A stretch of DNA of 61,432 bases, the filler included, from Bipalium vagum (taxonomy: Eukaryota): NCBI GenBank assembly GCA_037834085.1. It is 3 parts of 3 records of this genome, joined end to end, with 100 filler letters (N's around TTAATTAATTAA, not from the genome) between each part and the next. Parts side by side here need not be neighbours in the genome. Positions count along the whole stretch, not along the records: positions 44,564 to 61,432 come from JBBMKC010089230.1; 2 more parts are not named here. The stretch is one strand, 5' to 3'. Positions within the stretch are counted from its first letter, which is position 1. Every line of letters starts with the position of its first letter. Below are positions 53,691-61,432 of the stretch, piece after piece. The translations under genes were made by a program, and so were the position numbers. The notes under the pieces are model-generated. The model worked only from the letters and a program-made list of their open reading frames with translations, had not been told where the DNA came from and searched no databases.

Positions 53691-55139
53691 GTCAGCAAAA
53701 TAGAGGAGTTTTCTCAATGTTAAAGGACCGATTTTATCAGGGAAAAAACAATCACACGACAATAGATGATTGTTTAAACGTTGTCCTTAATGTGGATAAT
53801 ATACGGGAGCTTAGTAATTTTTAAAAAATATATAATGATTTGGCTAGAAAAGGCAAGAAGTCGGGAGACTTGTTTTATTCTATATTTGATATTTCTTTAT
53901 GTAATATACAAATGTTTTATGTGTACATCTTTTTATAAAATAAATGTATATCTTGTCATTGCTATAATTTTAACATTACTGAAAAATACCGATATCATTT
54001 TGCAAGCATTCACATATGACAATGAAAAACCCTGTCAATAGTAAAACATTTTGAATATGATAATAATATAACTAATAATAATATTATTAAAAGAGTAACA
54101 CGTGTTAGAATGTGAACATTTTAGTCAATAATAAAAGTACAATTTTTAAATATTTCTTGAGAAAAGTCCATTAAGTGCGAATATTTTTAATTAAAATTCC
54201 GAATATAATATTCATGTCAACGAATCCTCTTAAGTGATGTCTGTGATTAAAACAATCAGAATATTTTTTTAATCAATTCCCAAAAGTTCTTGAGTAAAAA
54301 AAAATTTTTTTAATATTTGAAATTCCTTGAAATATTTATTTATTTTGTTATTAAAAACTAATAAAAAAATATTTTAAATTAATTTTAAAATATGATCCAT
54401 TTTTTTCAAAATGTTTTAAATATTTAAATATTAATAATAAATTTTAAAAATATATATATATCTTAAAAAATATGGTGATTATTTTCCAAGATTTTCAGAG
54501 TTTATGAAATTATCAATTATTTATTAATTAATCAATAATATGAAAATAAATAAAAAAATAATATCGAATTATAGGACGCCAATTTCTTACCTGATAGAAA
54601 TAATTCTTTACAATTAATAAGATTTATTACAGAAATAATTATTCGCCACGAAATCCACTTTTGGAGTCTTATTATTTGATTTAAAATAATTAATTTTAAT
54701 TATCATCGAATGCTCTCATAAAAACAGGTTTTATGGCTTCAAATTAATATTCCAAGATTCGATATTTAATTACACTGGTGTTGGGATAAATGAAATTAAA
54801 TTTTTCGATCTTTTTTTAATTTTCCCTCATAAAATTAATAAATAATCAAAATTCATCTCTGGTTTCAGAGAAAGAGCTGAAATAGCGCTACTCTAACTAA
54901 AATGAGAAGTACATTTTGGCAAAAAATTAAAACAAATCAACTTGAGATTTTAAATTAATTAATTTTAATTAATAAATAATAATTATTATTTAACTAAAAT
55001 AATCGAAATGCAAAGAAAATATTGCAGAAGGACCTTTCACTAAAATTTGAATAATTATTTTTCGAAACTTTATAACATATTATTATTAATAAAATTATTG
55101 AAAATATAAATGAAATATAAATTTACTTCATTAAGTAGA

Positions 55140-55870
55140 AAGAATTTAAAGTTAGCTGACGTAAAATGTTTCTGCCTTTTTTTTAATAAAAAAAAATTAA
55201 TTTTTTCACATAAAAAATGAACTTTATTAAATCAAATATGTTCCTTTTTGTTCTGTAACCTTTTTGTTCTCCATTACCATAATTTTATCACTGTAAAATT
55301 ACGTAGATTAATGATTGAAAAACTGCAGAATGTTCATTTTAGCAGTCTTATTTTGATGCTAATGTAACTCTGTTAAGAAAGTTCTGTATAGAGCGGAACA
55401 AGTGGTAGTCCGATTGTGCCAGATCAGGACTATAGGGTGGGTGTATCATAACTTCCAAATCAAGTTTTCTCAATTTTACCTGAGTCATGAGAGATGTATG
55501 TGCTCGTGCATTGTCCTGATAGAACACAATGCCTGTTCTGTTGACCAATTCTGGCTGCATTTTTTGAATCAATTGATTCAAACTTGTTAATTTCGCACAA
55601 TAGAATCCAGAATCAATTATTTTGCTAGGTTTTAGGACCTCATAATGCACGTTTCCTTTCCAATTGTACCATACGAATATCATTAACTTTCTTGAGTTGA
55701 CCTTGGATTTGCAGTCGTTTATGGATTTTTACCACTTTTTGACCAGGATCTTTTCCTCACAATATTGTCATATCTTATCCATTTTTCATCATCGGTTATC
55801 AACCGTTTACTTTTTTTTAATTATCAATCGTTTAAGAAATGGTTCCATTACAGACAAAAATTCGATCACT
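55140..55870 (-). mobile_element. mariner (DD34D) transposase remnant (intronic)
   Basis: ORF 55348-55683: WYNWKGNVHYEVL, FYQDNARAHTS, HPPYSPDLAQSDYHLFRS; upstream T.DDEKW.RYDN. Confidence 0.9.
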
Positions 55871-56252
55871 TAAGTTTTACATAAATAAAAAAGAGGTCCA
55901 GTTAAAAATAATAAATTTTAATTTTAATAATTTTTAATCTTAATATTATTATTAGTAGCAGTATTAGTGGTATCATTAATAATTTTTTTATGACTTAAAG
56001 AGTGACAAAGAATCTGGATCTGATCAATGTGATAACTCAAAATCAAAATTATAACCCTTATATAAAATCTACTATTCAAAGGTCAAATTAGTACATTGTA
56101 TTTATTATTTATTAATTATTATTCTATTTTACTTCTGCGATCATTTTTAAAGACTTGTGGACTGCTAAAAAATCTGCATCAGTAGCAGACATAAATAGAA
56201 ATGAGGCAGGAAAGATTTTGCAATTGACTTGAAAAATCAATTTATATTTAAT

Positions 56253-56286
<34 letters not shown>

Positions 56287-58133
56287 TATAAAAATAATAA
56301 TATTATATATAAATAATAATATTATATATAAAATATTATTAATTATAATAATAATATAAATTTTTCTATTTATTGAGATCTCGATCATCTTTGTGAATTT
56401 TTAATCATTCATCCTAATTTATTGAGATCCATCAAAGTTCTCCATAAATCGCGTATAATATTTTGGAAATTGTTTTAAACAAGTTCGTTTCATAAATTTA
56501 ATAATGTGACTCGTAAAAGATTTTTAAATAAATAAAACTTTTCTAATTAAATTAATTAAATTAAAAAAAAATACGTTATATTTCAGGTTGATGCATAAAT
56601 ACTGTCAAATGGTTTAATCTCACCATATATAGGTGACGTATAACAAATGGAAGTAATGGTAGGTGTACAAGTGGAAAATGACGACTTTTATGGGTGCAAA
56701 AATTTTTTTTTAAAAAAAACTAAACAAAATTCTTATTCAAATTTATTTCTATCGCTTTACCGAACTTTGACCAATTTATGAAGCTGTTTGTGAATACTGT
56801 AAAACAGTGCTCATTTTAATACGATCCTTTTATCAATCCAATGTTTGACATCCTTGAAGTTGTGCGAGTACTACTTAGACAGAAAATGAGATATTCATCT
56901 AAATAAGTAATAATCAGATAGAACAATGTCTGACGAATACGGCGGTGATATAAGACATCTTTATCAAGTACTTCCAAAGTATACCTAATCCAATTTGAAA
57001 ATGAGGTAATTAATAAATGAGGAAGTTCACATTAAAAAAAATTAGATATCAGGTTGAAAAGAAAATCGATTATGGTTCGATATAATCAAGGACTGGTCAC
57101 TAAAACATTTTGTGAAATGTTCTACCCGTGACAGAAACAATGGTTTTTTCCATTTCTCAAATAAGATCTAACTTGGATGAAGTCAGCTTAAATCAAATAT
57201 TGCAAAAAATTGTTTGACTTTGAATTTATGCTGACCAAGCATCAAACTTCAAGCATTTTCATTATGTAGAAAAGGTTCAATAATAAATCACATTAAAAAA
57301 AGTTTTTTATCGATATCTGCGCGTAGCCCGGGCAACAAAATCAGATCTTCATTTGGTGGCTTCAAAAAGAAGTTAATCATTATGAATTGTTTTAGAAAAA
57401 CCAGACAGCAATCTCAGAATATTTATGATAATATTATTTTGGTTTGAAGAAAAATTTGTGACAAACGACCTTGAAAATCTTAACAAAGTGACAAGTGCCA
57501 AAATAGTACCCAATCATCTGTCATTGTACTGACAACGGCAATCCTGACAAACTCGGCCAGAATATTTCGGCTGTCAAGTATCAACATATTAATATATATT
57601 TACCGCAATAAAACAAAACATGGACAATGATGAAAAATAATAAATTTAAATAAATCAAAAATAAATAAATAAACAAAAATCGATATTCTCATTAAAACAC
57701 TAAAAATATTTTCATAACATGTATTGATTGATTTCACTTTGAATTATATTTTATTTTTTTACTGAGATATTGTAATATAAATTTTGTAATAACATTGCTT
57801 AAAGGTTTCTTCGAAACCCCTGCTTTGTGTGATGAAGACATTCAGAAAGCGTTCTCCATGTAGAATATACTTAGAGAACTAAAGGTAAGAGAACTTTCTT
57901 TCTGTAAAATGTTAAGTCATTCTATTATTTTTTTGTTCAGCTGGACAAAAAACTGTTTTCATATTAAATAAACAGAAAATTTTCCCTTCATAGGCAAAAG
58001 AAGAACGTAGACAAAAATCGATAAAAGGGTTTCTGAACGAAAACAAAATGAAAACTAATATCAATTTAATAATTACTTTGTAAAAACCCTTGAAATTTGA
58101 CATATCGCTTTACCACAAAAAGGATTTACTTAC

Positions 58134-58561
58134 ACTAATGCAGGCTACAAGTACTGCACGGTAGTCTACTCCCTTTACGAGAGGCCTATTATGTGGATAT
58201 AGATTTTCAGTTTGCTTGCTACCTCCTAGAGGAAACATAAAAACTTGTCCGTGCAGAGATTCTTTCATCACTGAAGTAGCATTAAGCTCAGCTGCAATAT
58301 ACGGGATTTGTTGTTGTGATAAATGAGAACGATTAGTTCGAGCTAAAAAACTAAATATAATATCTCGGGATCTGTACATTTCAATGTCTTCAGATATATT
58401 ATACTGTCTAGCAACTCGAGTTATTAGGTAATTGGCGTCTACGACGATGAAATAGATACTAATTGATCCGTATTCAAAACTTGGCTGATTGACCGCAAGA
58501 TATATCACTGAGTTCTGTCTATCTACTTTCCCAATTTTCAATTCTGGCACGTCTCTGGGTG
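58134..58561 (-). CDS. membrane-proximal FN3-like ectodomain exon of a receptor protein tyrosine phosphatase-like protein
   Basis: cttttgcctttgtag|CA ... AGT|gtaagt; G.ISIYFIVV, PYIAAEL, F.LG, NRPLVKGVDYR match the juxtamembrane domain of R2/R3 RPTPs (YIAAEL..F.VGD..N.PL.PG..YR). No phosphatase exon is visible in the window. Confidence 0.82.
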
Positions 58562-58959
58562 CTACAAAGGCAAAAGAAGTATCAATGAATTAAAACAAAT
58601 CTTCAAATCGACTTACTTAATTTTAATTTTGTTAGAAAAAGTACCTTATAACAATGATTGTATATGAAAAAATTAATTGACTAAAAATTAATTATCAACC
58701 TTATGAAGACAATTAGAACTGCTTTCATTCAACATTGTTACATGACATTTTCGAAATATGTCTAATTAATAATATTGAATAATATTTCGTTTTTCCAAAT
58801 AAATTCTCTNNNNNNNNNNNNNNNNNNNNNNNNNNNNNNNNNNNNNNNNNNNNNNNNNNNNNNNNNNNNNNNNNNNNNNNNNNNNNNNNNNNNNNNNNNN
58901 NNNNNNNNNNNNNNNNNNNNNNNNNNNNNNNNNNNNNNNNNNNNNNNNNNNNNTAATAA

Positions 58960-59214
58960 ATATATAATAATAAAACAATAGTATTATTATTAATGATTAT
59001 AATATTAAATTACAATAAATAAAAATAATAAAAAAATAATTATAAGAATAATAATAAAACTATTAATAATAGTAATAATATTAATGATAATAATAATAAT
59101 TAATAATAAGAATGAAATTATTACATATATAATAATACATAAAACAATAATAATCGGAAATAAAAATAAATAAATAATAAAAATAATAAATAAAACAATA
59201 ATATTAATATTAAT

Positions 59215-59250
<36 letters not shown>

Positions 59251-59480
59251 CAATAAATAAAAATATTGATAATAAAATAATTAATAATAATAGTTATAAT
59301 ACTAATGATAATAATAATTATTATTATTATGATTATTATTATTATTATTATGGTTATTATTATTATGATTATTATTATTATTATATTAATAAATCAATAA
59401 GAATAAATAATAAGAATAAATCAAAAAAAATAAAATTATTACATATATAATAATTAATAAAAAAATTATATTAATAATAA
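58960..59480. repeat. degenerate (AAT)n/(ATT)n low-complexity tract
   Basis: Directly visible; explains the Ile-rich spurious ORF 59005-59253. Confidence 0.9.
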
Positions 59481-60818
59481 TAAATATGTATGAGATTATG
59501 GAGGTCAAATGAAACAGGTTCAAGTAGGTTGATAAATGAAACAGCTATCATACCATGGTTCCATTAATTTCAATGAAATAAACTTCTAAAAAATTTAAAT
59601 AAATTTAATTAAAAAAATAATTAAAAGAAAAAATAATAAATAATCAATAAATAGGTATAATGAAAATGTTTCTAATTTTTTTTTAAAAGTTATATTTTTT
59701 TCAATAAACATCAGCTTTAATACAAATTGATTTTTTTAAAAATATTTTAATTAACAATTATATTAAACAAAGTCATTCTGAAAATTTATTTTCCACAAAA
59801 AATTATATTAATTACTGAAAAAAAATTTGATCATGAAGAATTAATTATTTTGTAAAATTTTTGAAAAAAGAGGGTTTTTTTTATTAATTATCAACATATA
59901 ATGATTCTCACTGATCTCATTGAGAAATAAAAATATTTTTAATATTAATATAAAATATAAAATATTATATATTTTATTTTATATTTGGCTTTATCTGAAA
60001 TCTAGTTGAAATGATAAAAGAAGACATTTACTTTATTTATTATTATTTTTTAAAAGAAAATGAAATAAATAATACAATCGAAAAAGTTTTTTATACGTCC
60101 TTCTGATTTGATAATAAAAGAAAAAATAAATTAATATTAGGCTTGATAGCATAAATTCGTTTCTTTTTTCTATATCTGATAAGGGCTCTTATCAGATCAG
60201 AACTTATATAACGTATTTCAATAATATTTTACATATTGTGTAAATATTAACGATTAAACAAAATAATGAGAAAATTGCTTATTATTGATCTGTATAATAA
60301 ATAAAATGAGATTTCTTTATTGAACAGATTTTTTTCTACTTTAGTCAATCATTTTAGAAATTTCTCGTTTGATTTATGAAATTTACAATATTATGTTAAT
60401 TAACGATTTTTGAATAATTAAAAGCTTTTTTATTTTATTAATGAATGAAAAATAAAAGAAATGATTTTATGAATTTTGAATTAATTAACTTAATCAGTTG
60501 AAACGAATAATTTTCAGTGGAATTTGACAATAGTAAATTCAACGAAAATAATAAAACAAAAGTATCATATGCGAATCGTCATATGGAATATTTTAATTGA
60601 CATAAAAACAAAGAAAATATTATATTATTATTTTTGTTTATTCTGTTTTATTCTGATATTAAATGTTTAAAAATATATATAAATATTTCAGAAGAAAATA
60701 AAATAAAATTATTATTCTCAAGAAATAAAATTTTATTATTTAATTTTTACAAAAATTGTTTTAATTAATTAAAATTACAGAAATTTAAAATTAGTTGTAT
60801 TATTTGTAAAATATGAAT

Positions 60819-61352
60819 TACCGAATTATTATTCGCTCTAAGGCGCACCTGAAATTTTTATATTTGCTAAAAATCGGTATAACGCCTTATGAACGAATTC
60901 TAAAATTATATTTAAAAAAAAATTAGCGTCTTAAAATAAAAAGGCGCGTTATATTAACTTATTGAATTATAAGTTTTGTTTAAATAACGGCAGAATTTAA
61001 TGCGTGTTTTGAAAAAATAAATGTTACTCCAAAAATATCTCTTGATATTACAGGACCGAAGTAACTCCAGCTTTTCTGGTGACGATAAAGTACTAAAAAG
61101 GATGCCTTTTAGAAAACATTTTTACGAAGTTAATTTCAAACGTAATTCTATCGACCATGCAGTACAACATGGGAATATACCAGCTGTAAAACATTTCAAC
61201 AGTAATGAATCAATGGTAAGGAAAGTCGAAGAAGTATTTTTTTCTGTATTTAATATTTGTGAAAAAGTGTACAAGTTTGACAATCATTTCTAATGTGCTG
61301 AATAAAATCTGACCTATCCTATTATTTCTTTTCGCTTTATGCGCCTTATATA
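60819..61352 (+). mobile_element. pogo-family (POGK-like, Brinker DNA-binding domain) deleted element
   Basis: TA|CCG start, subterminal AAGGCGC repeats (60841, 60941; inverted ~61341), and peptide FYEVNFKRNSIDHAVQHGNIPAVKHFNSNESMVRK resembling BrkDBD. Confidence 0.7.
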
Positions 61353-61432
61353 CATTGCCGTCCAAAATATTAGCAATTTTTTTAAATTAATACATTAAAC
61401 AGTTTTTATGTATGTATTTTTTAAGCAAACAA

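Noticed and set aside
56690-57000. Further mariner relics (also ~29480, ~37250, ~39770, ~50700)
   Set aside because: Only single degraded motifs; too weak to delimit

Overview
Very AT-rich eukaryotic genomic DNA, most consistent with a triclad flatworm (planarian). This is inferred from the AKYFRLamide neuropeptide, 45-48 nt introns and a heavy Tc1/mariner load. The window is not one locus. Two 100-nt linkers (N44-TTAATTAATTAA-N44, stops in all six frames) at 26178-26277 and 44464-44563 join three separate scaffolds. Scaffold A (1-26177) carries an ORF with 12 cysteines at near-perfect 11-residue spacing, an ARYFRLamide/AKYFRLamide neuropeptide precursor with a CX3C-X5-CX3C prodomain, and a hairpin-rich ~340-nt candidate structured RNA. 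Scaffold B (26278-44463) carries TM4-TM7 exons of a CCK/sulfakinin-type GPCR with an aberrant TM7 exon. Scaffold C (44564-61432) starts with a minimal hammerhead-like motif and carries four spliceable exons of a receptor-tyrosine-phosphatase-like type I membrane protein. The rest is intronic or intergenic DNA with many decayed mariner, Tc1, rosa-like and pogo elements, two tRNA-Ala-like repeats and (AAT)n microsatellites. All family assignments come from motif recognition; no searches were run.
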